Part shown: positions 7,042-15,461 of the stretch, piece after piece
Layout of the letters: each line of letters opens with the position of its first letter
Position numbering within the stretch: the first letter of the stretch is position 1
DNA from: a virus
Taxonomy: Duplodnaviria > Caudoviricetes
IMG/VR virus record: IMGVR_UViG_3300006990_004483
Location: 1-30,079 of that record
Length of the DNA: 30,079 bases
Reading direction: 5' to 3' (one strand)
Program-made: the position numbers and the translations under genes
Notes under the pieces: model-generated
The model's database searches: none
Told to the model about the DNA's origin: nothing
Seen by the model: only the letters and a program-made list of their open reading frames with translations

Positions 7042-8016
7042 ATGGAATTGGACTTTTCTAAGAAAATCAAAGAATTTTTGGAGCAAACTGAAGCTGCAAA
7101 GCGAGGTGGGCCAAAAAGTGGAGCGCAAACACCTGCAAAACCATCAGAACGAAAGAAAGGTTCTAGTAAAAATAAGAAAGGTTCTGCTGGTGGTAAAGGG
7201 GGTTCAATTACATTTTCTGCAAAAGTCGTCCAGTCCTTAAAAAATAAAGTCGCCGAACATAATGAGAAGCATTCTAAAAAAGTGACTCTTGGGCAGCTTA
7301 AAAAGATTTATCGTCGTGGTGCAGGGGCTTTCTCCTCCAGCCACCGTCCGGGAAAAACTAGAGGTCAGTGGGCTATGGCTCGCGTAAATATGTTCCTTAA
7401 AATGGTTAGAGGTGGTAAAGTAAAGAAGTCCTACCGTGCTGCTGACCAAGACGTAGCTAAGGGATCAGAAGATTATTATATTCAAGCAGAGGCTGAAGCT
7501 TTTACTGACTTTGAGCATATAGAGTTTGATGTTGCTCATATTGATTTAGTTAAAGTGGGCGCTAACGAATGGGAGCAGGATGACTGCACTGAAGATTTAG
7601 AATACACTGAAGCTGAAAAGAAAAACCTTAATAAACCTTTCCGTTTAAAGGGTGGTAAGAAAAAATTTGGCGTTTATGTTAAAAATCCCAAAACAGGTAA
7701 TATTGTAATGATTAAGTTCGGAGATCCAAACATGGAAATAAAGCGTGACGATCCTGATCGTCGTAGAAACTTCAGGGCGCGTCACAAGTGTGATACCGCT
7801 AAAGACAAAATGACTCCTCGCTATTGGAGCTGTAAATTCTGGTCTAAGCGGCCAGTAAGTTCTATGGCTTCTGAAGATGTTATAGCTTGGGATGATGAAG
7901 AAAAGTTTTCTGAGTGGGGTTGGGATGACGAAGGATTCTCTACTGAAGAAGAGATGCTAGCAAACCTTTCTGATCTCCCTTCTACCGTAGAGATTATTGA
8001 AGAAGACGAGATTTAA
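7042..8016 (+). CDS. Basic two-domain phage protein of unknown function (DUF5824-like plus DUF6321-like domains)
   Basis: Likely start is the ATG at 7042 (MELDFS), not 7000. Domain 1 is LKKIYRRGAGAFSSSHRPGKTRGQWAMARVN; domain 2 is LNKPFR..GKKKFGVYVKNPKTGN..IKFGDPNM..RRRNFRARHKC..RYWSCKFW. Each is followed by an acidic segment. The DUF assignments are from memory. Confidence 0.6.
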   Translation: MELDFSKKIKEFLEQTEAAKRGGPKSGAQTPAKPSERKKGSSKNKKGSAGGKGGSITFSAKVVQSLKNKVAEHNEKHSKKVTLGQLKKIYRRGAGAFSSSHRPGKTRGQWAMARVNMFLKMVRGGKVKKSYRAADQDVAKGSEDYYIQAEAEAFTDFEHIEFDVAHIDLVKVGANEWEQDDCTEDLEYTEAEKKNLNKPFRLKGGKKKFGVYVKNPKTGNIVMIKFGDPNMEIKRDDPDRRRNFRARHKCDTAKDKMTPRYWSCKFWSKRPVSSMASEDVIAWDDEEKFSEWGWDDEGFSTEEEMLANLSDLPSTVEIIEEDEI

Positions 8017-8024
8017 AGTATAAT
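7997..8024 (+). promoter_or_regulatory. Putative sigma70-type promoter for the glycan cluster (TTGAAG-N16-TATAAT)
   Basis: Perfect -10 element 11 nt before the ATG at 8036. Confidence 0.6.
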
Positions 8025-8035
8025 CATGCATTAGC

Positions 8036-8836
8036 ATGAGAGATACTATAGCTGTTTATTCTTTGTGGCGGGATAGCGAACCGCATTTATCTAAAACTCT
8101 TAGTCAACTAGAGGATTTAGAGGATCTAGATTATGATTTTGAGTATTATTTTTACGAAAATGACTCAAAAGATTCTACTGTAGCTTTACTGGAAAGTTGG
8201 CTTGAAGGCAGATCCCATGAGTTTCTTCATGAGGACTTAGATGCTGAAAGTTTTGGGAGTGTCCAAAACATAGAGAGGATGCAAATGCTTTGTGGCTTCA
8301 GAAACAAATGTAAAGATTTACTCAAAAACAGTTCTTCAAAGTATACCTTAATGATAGACTCTGACATCAATTTCGACAAGAATAATTTAGAATCTCATTT
8401 AAATCTTATAGACTCGTTAGAAGATGCGGTGTTAGTCACCCCTAATATCAGACAGAATATCCCTGATTATACTTTTGAAGTAACTTCGGACTCTTACTAT
8501 GATGTATATCCCTTGTTAGATAGATCAAATAGTAGAGGGTTATACTGGACAGACTGTCCATTTAAAAACGGGCTAGATAGAATGAATTGGTCTTTGGGGA
8601 ACCCAATAAAATGTAATTCAGCGTTTGGAGGCTTTGCATTATCATACACAGATATAATCAAACAGGTAAAATGGTCAACTGATGGAGAATGCGATCATGT
8701 AAATTTTTGTAAAGAATTGTCAGCTTTTGGTTCTATTTATGTAGATCCAATGAATAAAGTTAATGTAGAGGTTGATTTGTCCAAACATGATTTAGATAGA
8801 TTCAAAAATATAGCCCAGCAGCAGCTAAATGCATAA
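8036..8836 (+). CDS. GT-A fold glycosyltransferase (Anp1/CAP59-like)
   Basis: YFYENDSKDST, RNK, a DxD motif in YTLMIDSDI, CNSAFGGFAL and CDHVNFC. Confidence 0.75.
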   Translation: MRDTIAVYSLWRDSEPHLSKTLSQLEDLEDLDYDFEYYFYENDSKDSTVALLESWLEGRSHEFLHEDLDAESFGSVQNIERMQMLCGFRNKCKDLLKNSSSKYTLMIDSDINFDKNNLESHLNLIDSLEDAVLVTPNIRQNIPDYTFEVTSDSYYDVYPLLDRSNSRGLYWTDCPFKNGLDRMNWSLGNPIKCNSAFGGFALSYTDIIKQVKWSTDGECDHVNFCKELSAFGSIYVDPMNKVNVEVDLSKHDLDRFKNIAQQQLNA

Positions 8837-9578
8837 TTCTGACATATCCATAATAATCACGGGTCCGATAGATGACAGGACTTTTGAGTCTATAGATAGT
8901 TATTATGATCAGGGATTTGAAGAGGTAATTGTATCAACTTGGAAAGACGAAGATTTAAGTTTGCTTAATAAGACTAAAAAAGAATATAAATTAATTTTAA
9001 GTGAATATCCAGAGAATCTTAATGAGATAAATAATCAAGGTTGCCGTTTTTTTCAAGCCTTCACGACTTGGAAAGGGAGTAGATTAGTTACAAAAAAATA
9101 CTGTATTAGAGCTAGAAGCGATGAACTCTATCCAGATCTTTCTGCGTTTGTAGGAAATATGAGGGGTAATCCCAAAAAAGTTCATACTACAGATAATGGA
9201 TTTTGGAAAATGCATAAGTTTTGTTTTTCTTCTCACTTGTTCGGTGGTAGGACCGAAGTTATTAAGGAGGGTTGTTTTATGATGGTTTTAAACGCAGAAA
9301 AAACCTTCTTAGATAATATACAGTTGGATTACCCAGAGCAATGCTTTGGATTTTATTTTTTGTTGGCTAATGGTTGTGATATAAGAGTTAATCCTTGGAA
9401 ACAAGCGTTCTACGAGAATGTTTTCATAACCCCATGTAAAGACTTGCCGGGGCATCTTCATTCTGGCCAATCCTTTACTGGGTATAGGTTCAAGAGGAAC
9501 ACAGATTACCCTGATAATAGACCAGATAGACATCAAAAAGAGCGATTGTATCAATCATGCGAGGAATTTTTATGTTGA
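8829..9578 (+). CDS. WavE-like putative glycosyltransferase / polysaccharide biosynthesis protein
   Basis: DISIIITGPI, EVIVSTW, IRARSDE and the final PEQ motif resemble WavE family motifs. Confidence 0.6.
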   Translation: MHNSDISIIITGPIDDRTFESIDSYYDQGFEEVIVSTWKDEDLSLLNKTKKEYKLILSEYPENLNEINNQGCRFFQAFTTWKGSRLVTKKYCIRARSDELYPDLSAFVGNMRGNPKKVHTTDNGFWKMHKFCFSSHLFGGRTEVIKEGCFMMVLNAEKTFLDNIQLDYPEQCFGFYFLLANGCDIRVNPWKQAFYENVFITPCKDLPGHLHSGQSFTGYRFKRNTDYPDNRPDRHQKERLYQSCEEFLC

Positions 9579-9602
9579 CTTTCTTTTTAAAATAAATACT
9601 AT
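9575..9602 (+). promoter_or_regulatory. Putative sigma70-type promoter for neuB (TTGACT-N16-TACTAT-N7-ATG)
   Basis: The expected TSS coincides with the neuB ATG at 9610; there is no SD. Confidence 0.65.
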
Positions 9603-9609
9603 TCTTAGT

Positions 9610-10443
9610 ATGGAAGAGACTTATATCATTTCGGAGATTGGCATTAATCACAACGGAGATCTAGATATAGCTAAGAAGCTTATTGATATTTCTGCTGCAG
9701 CTGGCTGCGATGCGGTCAAGTTTCAAAAAAGAAATCCAGATGTTTGCGTCCCAGAACATCAAAAGTCTGTCATGCGTGACACTCCTTGGGGAGAGATGAC
9801 ATATCTTGATTATAAATACAAGGTTGAGTTTGGCAAAGAAGAGTATGATGAGATTGACCGTTACTGTAAAGAGAAAGGTATATCTTGGAGTGCTTCACCT
9901 TGGGATTTAGACAGCTTAGAGTTCTTAAATCAATATGATATTCCATTCATCAAGATAGCTTCTGCTAGCATTACAGATAAAGAGCTTCTAAAGAAAACTT
10001 GTGAGACTGGTAAAAAAGTCATTATCTCTACAGGTATGAGTTCTGAAGAGGAGATTGATGAAGCTGTTGATATCCTGAAAGATCATGCTTCGGATTATGC
10101 AGTTTTGCACTGCAACTCGTCTTATCCCGCTCCAATAGAAGAATTGAATCTCTCTTGTGTTAAAACTTTAAAAGATAAGTACGGATGTCAAGTTGGTTAT
10201 AGTGGGCATGAATTCCGACTTGGCACTACAGTCGCTGCTGTTTATCTTGGGGCTACTATTATTGAGCGTCATGTAACTCTTGACAGGACTATGTGGGGTT
10301 CCGATCATATGGCTTCAGTTGAACCTCAAGGTCTTTTCAAACTTGTCAGTGGTATTAGAGAGTTGGAACAGTCTTTCGGAGACGGGAAGATTTCAGTTAC
10401 AGAAACTGAAGCTGAAGTGAGAAAAAAACTTAGGAATAGTTAA
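9610..10443 (+). CDS. neuB: Nonulosonic acid (N-acetylneuraminate-family) synthase, short form lacking the C-terminal AFL/SAF domain
   Basis: IISEIGINHNGDL, AVKFQKR, IISTGM, LHCNSSYP, GYSGHE, IERHVTLDR and GSDH; ends at 277 aa. Confidence 0.95.
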   Translation: MEETYIISEIGINHNGDLDIAKKLIDISAAAGCDAVKFQKRNPDVCVPEHQKSVMRDTPWGEMTYLDYKYKVEFGKEEYDEIDRYCKEKGISWSASPWDLDSLEFLNQYDIPFIKIASASITDKELLKKTCETGKKVIISTGMSSEEEIDEAVDILKDHASDYAVLHCNSSYPAPIEELNLSCVKTLKDKYGCQVGYSGHEFRLGTTVAAVYLGATIIERHVTLDRTMWGSDHMASVEPQGLFKLVSGIRELEQSFGDGKISVTETEAEVRKKLRNS

Positions 10444-11264
10444 TGGATCTTTACAGGAAAGATCTTTTCCAAGGAGGCTGGTTTTCTTTTCATTCTACAG
10501 TTTCAGATTGGGTAAAGACATCTAAAAAGTTACAAACAGCCTTTTTCAAGAGCTTTATGTTCAATGAAGTTTTTGGGGAATCTGAGGTCACCGATGAGCT
10601 TTTAATAAAATCGGATATAGATTTTAGCTTCATAAAAGATAAATCTGTTTTAGTTATTGGAGGTGGACCATCCTCTAAAACACTAACAGATAATCAAATA
10701 AAATCCTACGATCTAGTTTTTAGCTGTAATCATTTTTTTAAGAACGATTTGCTAAAAAAACATAAGATTCATTTAGCTTTAATTGGTGATGAAGTTAATT
10801 TTAATGATCCTGAGTTTTTAGATTATGTTAATAACCATAATCCTATCCTAGGCTTTGATCATTCGGCTAGGAGGCCAGCTTTTAATTTATTAAAACTTAA
10901 GGAGAGTTACCCTTTATGTTTTATTTGGCTAACTAGATATTTTTCAAGGCTTGGTTATGTCCCTAGAGCTTGTGTGTTAGCTAAATTATTTGGAGCATCA
11001 AAGATAGATTTTATAGGTTTAGATGGATTCAGAACTAACGAACACTTTTTTGAGAAGGATAAAAGCCCTCCTCCATTCAATGATGTAAAAGAGTTCCAAG
11101 ATCAGATGAGGGTATTTTGTGAATATATGTTAAACTGTCTAAAAATTGAAGTTGAGAATTTCAACGATTTATCCAGTAATAATATTTATGAAGGGATATT
11201 AGAGGATGTTAAACTTAGTTATGAAAACGGCACTATATTACAATGGGCTAATTGGAGCGCTTAA
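10443..11264 (+). CDS. Putative nonulosonate/sialyltransferase (GT42 Cst-II / Maf-like), copy 1
   Basis: VLVIGGGPSS...YDLVFSCNHFF and FGASKIDFIGLDGF parallel Cst-II motifs (IIAGNGPS...FRCNQFY, LGYKEIYLSGIDF); directly after neuB. Confidence 0.65.
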   Translation: MDLYRKDLFQGGWFSFHSTVSDWVKTSKKLQTAFFKSFMFNEVFGESEVTDELLIKSDIDFSFIKDKSVLVIGGGPSSKTLTDNQIKSYDLVFSCNHFFKNDLLKKHKIHLALIGDEVNFNDPEFLDYVNNHNPILGFDHSARRPAFNLLKLKESYPLCFIWLTRYFSRLGYVPRACVLAKLFGASKIDFIGLDGFRTNEHFFEKDKSPPPFNDVKEFQDQMRVFCEYMLNCLKIEVENFNDLSSNNIYEGILEDVKLSYENGTILQWANWSA

Positions 11265-11286
11265 CAACTTTTTAAGTAATAAATAA
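11221..11286 (+). pseudogene. Remnant copy of the 5' end of the gene starting at 12962
   Basis: Translates to MKTALYYNGLIGALNNFLSNK*, against MKTALCYSGQIGAFNKALNS at 12962. An ungapped comparison by eye gives 43/57 identical nt. Confidence 0.8.
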
Positions 11287-11292
11287 AACAAA

Positions 11293-12207
11293 ATGTCGCA
11301 AGTAAACTTTAATAATAGCCAGAGTTATCTTTTAGAAACAGATTACGATCTTTTTTATAAGGTGACTGGTTCCACTATAGAGGGATTAGAACAAGAAATA
11401 AAAAACAATTCAGCTACTCATTCAGAGGTTTATAGTTCAAAAAAATTCGTAGACAACGAAAACTTAAATAAATTGGGTTTACATGTCTATAGGGTTTTGC
11501 TAGCTAGAAGGGTTTATGAAAAAAGGGCTGAAGGTAATGATGACTTTGATAAAAATGGATTTAAAGTTTATGAAAACTTCTTACCAGAACAGTTATTCAA
11601 TAATTTAGTCTCTGTTTTTAAAAATGAAGTCGAACCCAATCACCAAAAAGGGGGCGTGATACCTGTAAACCCTAAACCTTTCTTGCAGATGCCTCGATTA
11701 TTAGATATAATTAAAAAATCTTCGCATATTTCAGATTTTAAATTTAGTTTTCCTAACGCTAGTTTTTGGCATGTGTTACAAAAAGAAAATGATGATCAAG
11801 CTAAATATCACTCAGATACTTTTCAACCAACAATAAAGTGTTGGGTTTATTTAGATGATGTCGCAATTAACAATGGTCCATTTCATTTCGTCCCAAAAAG
11901 TAATATCGTAGATGAAAACAGGTTAAGATGGGAAAAAGAGAACTCTTTATCCGAAGAGGGTTCTGAACTTTGGAGGCAGAGAGACGGTAAAGGAGGCTCA
12001 TTTAGAGTTTTAAAAGATTCAACAGTAGAAGAAGAGGATATTTTTATTAAAAATATGGGTTACACCCCACTACCTATGGTTGGTAAGAAAAATTCACTGG
12101 TAGTTGCTGACACATTTGGCCTTCATAAAAGAGGTTTAGGAGACATAGGGACTTATAGAAGCTCTCTAACTCTAGAGTATCGGCCCCAACCATTTTACAT
12201 TTACTAA
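11293..12207 (+). CDS. 2OG-Fe(II) dioxygenase, phytanoyl-CoA dioxygenase (PhyH) family
   Basis: NGFKVYENFL, HxD motif YHSDTF, WVYLDDV..NNGPFHFVPKS and distal His in GLHKRG. Confidence 0.85.
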   Translation: MSQVNFNNSQSYLLETDYDLFYKVTGSTIEGLEQEIKNNSATHSEVYSSKKFVDNENLNKLGLHVYRVLLARRVYEKRAEGNDDFDKNGFKVYENFLPEQLFNNLVSVFKNEVEPNHQKGGVIPVNPKPFLQMPRLLDIIKKSSHISDFKFSFPNASFWHVLQKENDDQAKYHSDTFQPTIKCWVYLDDVAINNGPFHFVPKSNIVDENRLRWEKENSLSEEGSELWRQRDGKGGSFRVLKDSTVEEEDIFIKNMGYTPLPMVGKKNSLVVADTFGLHKRGLGDIGTYRSSLTLEYRPQPFYIY

Positions 12208-12209
12208 TT

Positions 12210-12965
12210 ATGTTGTCACAAAAAGAAATAAAACAATGTTTAGATGAGCATAAGCTTATAAGAGAGAAATACCTATCCAAAGAATGCTTGTTATCTTGCT
12301 TTACAAATTCTAGCCCGAGAGGTACAACGATTTCTCTTGAAGATTTTTTAAACAATGAAAAACATTTAAACTGGTTGCCGGATAGAAAAAGTTTTTTCAA
12401 CTCGATGAATAGTTCTGGTAAATTTTCATACGAAAACGATAATTGTAATTTTTTAGAAATAGGAACAGCTGATGGAGCTAACGCATTGAGAATAAGTAAA
12501 GAATTTTCTCCTAAAAAATTGTGGTTAATTGATCCGTATGAGTTTCAGAATGACAGATCAGCGGATAGAGGTCACAATCAAATGATTCATAATAGAGCTT
12601 TTAATAAAGCTAAAAATATTCTACACGATCAAAGTTGTGAATTTATAGTAAATTACTCAAAGAATGTTGTGGATAGGTTTAAAGATGAGTTTTTTGATTT
12701 TATTTACGTAGATGGTGATCATTCATATGAAGGTTGTAAAGCGGATTTAGATATGTACTACCCTAAATTAAAAAAAGGAGGAGTAATGAGTGGTCATGAT
12801 TTTACTGGAACAAAAAAATCAATGAAATTAAAAGGTTTTGGGGTCCAAAAAGCGGTTTGCGAATTTTTAAACAAAAACTCCAAAAAGCTAGATTTTATTA
12901 CAATTTGTATTGAAACTGAAAAACCCGAAATCATTCTTCCTTTTGATTGGGGCTTCATAAAATGA
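12210..12965 (+). CDS. Class I SAM-dependent methyltransferase (Methyltransf_24-like, probable sugar O-methyltransferase)
   Basis: FLEIGTADG and FDFIYVDGDHSYEG..DL..YYPKLKKGGVMSGHD. Confidence 0.88.
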   Translation: MLSQKEIKQCLDEHKLIREKYLSKECLLSCFTNSSPRGTTISLEDFLNNEKHLNWLPDRKSFFNSMNSSGKFSYENDNCNFLEIGTADGANALRISKEFSPKKLWLIDPYEFQNDRSADRGHNQMIHNRAFNKAKNILHDQSCEFIVNYSKNVVDRFKDEFFDFIYVDGDHSYEGCKADLDMYYPKLKKGGVMSGHDFTGTKKSMKLKGFGVQKAVCEFLNKNSKKLDFITICIETEKPEIILPFDWGFIK

Positions 12966-13738
12966 AAACGGCGTTATGTTATAGTGGTCAAATCGGAGCT
13001 TTTAACAAAGCTTTAAATTCACAAAACCAATCATTCATGGATGATGTAGATGATATCTACGCTTACACATCTAATGTCGTTTCGCATAAGACTTTGAACA
13101 GTCCCCAGCTAAGACCTAGTTCAGAAGTTTATGAGTATCTTAAGAGTGGTGAAGGGTGGAGAAAAAATCAGCCTTCATACGGGGTAGTTTACAAGATTAA
13201 GGATTCCCAAGTTGAGGACTTACTGGCTCTTGTAAAAACAAAAAAACAATTTATAGAAGATGAATCTTTAGAAGAAGCGCTTAATGATTCAAACATGTCA
13301 AAGTGGCAATGGCTTAGAAAAAGACAGTTATGGAAAATGTATCAATGCCACCAAATGATTGAAGGTGACTATGATATTATTATCCGGTGCAGGTTTGAGT
13401 TTAATCCTTTTGTGAAAATACCTATAAAAGAGATTTATGAGACCCACAACTCTGAAGACAAGATATTTTTATTTGGCGGGTGGAATTGCGTCGCCCCAAT
13501 GATTTTCATGGATAAGTTCATGTGCGATGGCTTTGCGTTTGGGTCTCCTAAAGCTATGGGCGTCTTTTCCTCTTTATACTTACAGGAGGAAGCTCATCCC
13601 TACGACCCAAAATATAAAGATTGTTGGGATAGGTTTGGAGATAACGTCGAATATCAATTAGAAGAGCATTTAAAAAAACACGGTATTGAATTAGTATATA
13701 TAGGGGACAAGAGGTCAATGTACCATTTACAGAGATAA
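12962..13738 (+). CDS. Putative glycosyltransferase-like protein of unknown family
   Basis: Likely start is the ATG at 12962 (MKTALCYSGQ), supported by the remnant copy at 11221. YDIIIRCRFE and DGFAFGS are typical of phage glycan-cluster proteins distantly like WavE. Confidence 0.55.
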   Translation: MKTALCYSGQIGAFNKALNSQNQSFMDDVDDIYAYTSNVVSHKTLNSPQLRPSSEVYEYLKSGEGWRKNQPSYGVVYKIKDSQVEDLLALVKTKKQFIEDESLEEALNDSNMSKWQWLRKRQLWKMYQCHQMIEGDYDIIIRCRFEFNPFVKIPIKEIYETHNSEDKIFLFGGWNCVAPMIFMDKFMCDGFAFGSPKAMGVFSSLYLQEEAHPYDPKYKDCWDRFGDNVEYQLEEHLKKHGIELVYIGDKRSMYHLQR

Positions 13739-14514
13739 TGAAAACGTGGGAAAATTGTGAAGATAAAACTGAAGCCGCCTTCGTGTCTTCTGAAGATAGG
13801 TTTGTTGAGAGCGTCAGAGGTCTAAGTTGGTTAGAGCATCAAAATATAAAAAAATCATCATTTAAATGCACTAGCAATTACATTTATGAGGATATAAAAG
13901 ATTTTAATAAGTTTGAAAATTCTAAGATATTGGTTATTGGCGGGGGACCGTCATCAAGGGACTTAGAGTTGCAACCAGAAGATTATGATCACATATTTTC
14001 TTGTAACCATTTTTTTAAGTGTGAAAAATTCAAAGATATAAATCTGGATGTTTTGTTTGTTGGCAACGAAGTAAATACTTTTTCCATTGAATTCTTAGAA
14101 TATTGTAAGAGGAGTTCTACTTATTTAGCTGCAGAAGATTTGAGCGATAGGTTGGCTCATTTATATTACTTAATTCATTATTTCCCTGAAAAAACTTTTT
14201 TATGTTCAAGCAGGTATCAAAGTAAATTCACAGGAACGGCTTCTAAGATGGTAATTTTCGCTCTAGAGCTAGGCGCAAACCAAGTGGACTTTGTAGGCGT
14301 TGATGGGGTAGCTCCAGATTTTAAGTCTGGACAATTGGTACCTCATGGATTTGAAAATAAGAAGTTATTCAGGAAGAAAAAGATATCAAAGTACTCAGAT
14401 GTCATAAGGCACTATAAACATTTTGACGCTTACATCAGAGATTTTTACCCTAACTGCAAGATAAACAATCTAGGGCGTTTTAATAAATATAATTATTCTT
14501 ATGAAGGACATTAG
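13738..14514 (+). CDS. Putative nonulosonate/sialyltransferase (GT42/Maf-like), copy 2
   Basis: ILVIGGGPSS...YDHIFSCNHFF..VGNEVN and LGANQVDFVGVDG; clear paralogue of 10443-11264. Confidence 0.65.
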   Translation: MKTWENCEDKTEAAFVSSEDRFVESVRGLSWLEHQNIKKSSFKCTSNYIYEDIKDFNKFENSKILVIGGGPSSRDLELQPEDYDHIFSCNHFFKCEKFKDINLDVLFVGNEVNTFSIEFLEYCKRSSTYLAAEDLSDRLAHLYYLIHYFPEKTFLCSSRYQSKFTGTASKMVIFALELGANQVDFVGVDGVAPDFKSGQLVPHGFENKKLFRKKKISKYSDVIRHYKHFDAYIRDFYPNCKINNLGRFNKYNYSYEGH

Positions 14515-15184
14515 TGACATAGCTGTAATCGTGCAAGCTCGACTCAACTCAGAGAGAGTCCCAAAGAAAATGACTAGATCTTTTTGTGGCTCTAATCTTT
14601 TCGAGATAGGGTTACAGAAACTTTTTAAATCAACAATTGTCCCATCAGCGAATGTTTTTGCTTCCGTCTATGAACAAGAGTTAATTGATATAGCTAATGA
14701 CAACGGCGCTCAGGTTTACAAAAGAAGTTTTGATTCTGCTAATAATGATAATTCATTACAAAAAATTTATGAATGGCATGACAAGCTCCCTTATAAATAT
14801 GTTATAAAGGTAAATCTATGTTCACCTCTTTTAAAAATAGAAACAATAGATTCTTTTGTTGAGACTTTTCTCAACCAAGAGGAGGATAACCTTTTTGGGG
14901 TTATTGAACAAAAAGACTACTTCTGGGATAATAAAGGTAAGTTAATTACTCCTTGGCCTGAAGGCCAGACAATAATGAATACAAAAGCTGTTACCGAAAC
15001 ATACAAAGCTGCTCACGTTTTATACGCCTCTAGATTAGACCTGATATCGAAGAACATGTTTATGGGAGACTTCCAAAAAGAAGGAGGCATCAAACTCTAC
15101 CCGATGGAAGAGTTAGAGTGTTTCGATATCGACTATGAGTGGCAGTTTAAAACAGCAGAATTACTTTATGACAATATATGTTGA
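14501..15184 (+). CDS. neuA: Acylneuraminate cytidylyltransferase (CMP-nonulosonate synthetase)
   Basis: AVIVQARLNSERVPKK, CSPLL and ECFDIDYEWQF. Confidence 0.88.
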   Translation: MKDISDIAVIVQARLNSERVPKKMTRSFCGSNLFEIGLQKLFKSTIVPSANVFASVYEQELIDIANDNGAQVYKRSFDSANNDNSLQKIYEWHDKLPYKYVIKVNLCSPLLKIETIDSFVETFLNQEEDNLFGVIEQKDYFWDNKGKLITPWPEGQTIMNTKAVTETYKAAHVLYASRLDLISKNMFMGDFQKEGGIKLYPMEELECFDIDYEWQFKTAELLYDNIC

Positions 15185-15461
15185 TATAGATGAAACTATA
15201 TTCATGACCCAAAATACGGATTATGAGAATAGTCAGCCGTTTTTAGAGCGGATACAGAAGATTAATAAACTTTATGATGAAGGTCATACTATTGTATACT
15301 GGACCGCTAGGGGTTCGGGGTCTGGTAAAGACTGGTCGGAAGTGACAAAAGATCAATTTGAACGTTACGGTGTGAAACATCACACTTTAAAATTTGGCAA
15401 ACCTGTATATGATCTATTTATAGACGATAAGAATATTAACTCAGAAGTTTTTTTTAAATGA
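15168..15461 (+). CDS. Small HAD-superfamily phosphatase (capsule-biosynthesis phosphatase-like)
   Basis: Likely start 15168 (MTIYVDIDETI, HAD motif I), followed by YWTARG and GKPVYDLFIDDK. Confidence 0.8.
   Translation: MTIYVDIDETIFMTQNTDYENSQPFLERIQKINKLYDEGHTIVYWTARGSGSGKDWSEVTKDQFERYGVKHHTLKFGKPVYDLFIDDKNINSEVFFK

Noticed and set aside
4313-9554. Minus-strand ORFs 4313-4630, 5122-5337, 7237-7449 and 9309-9554
   Set aside because: Antisense to well-supported genes, with no motifs or expression signals.
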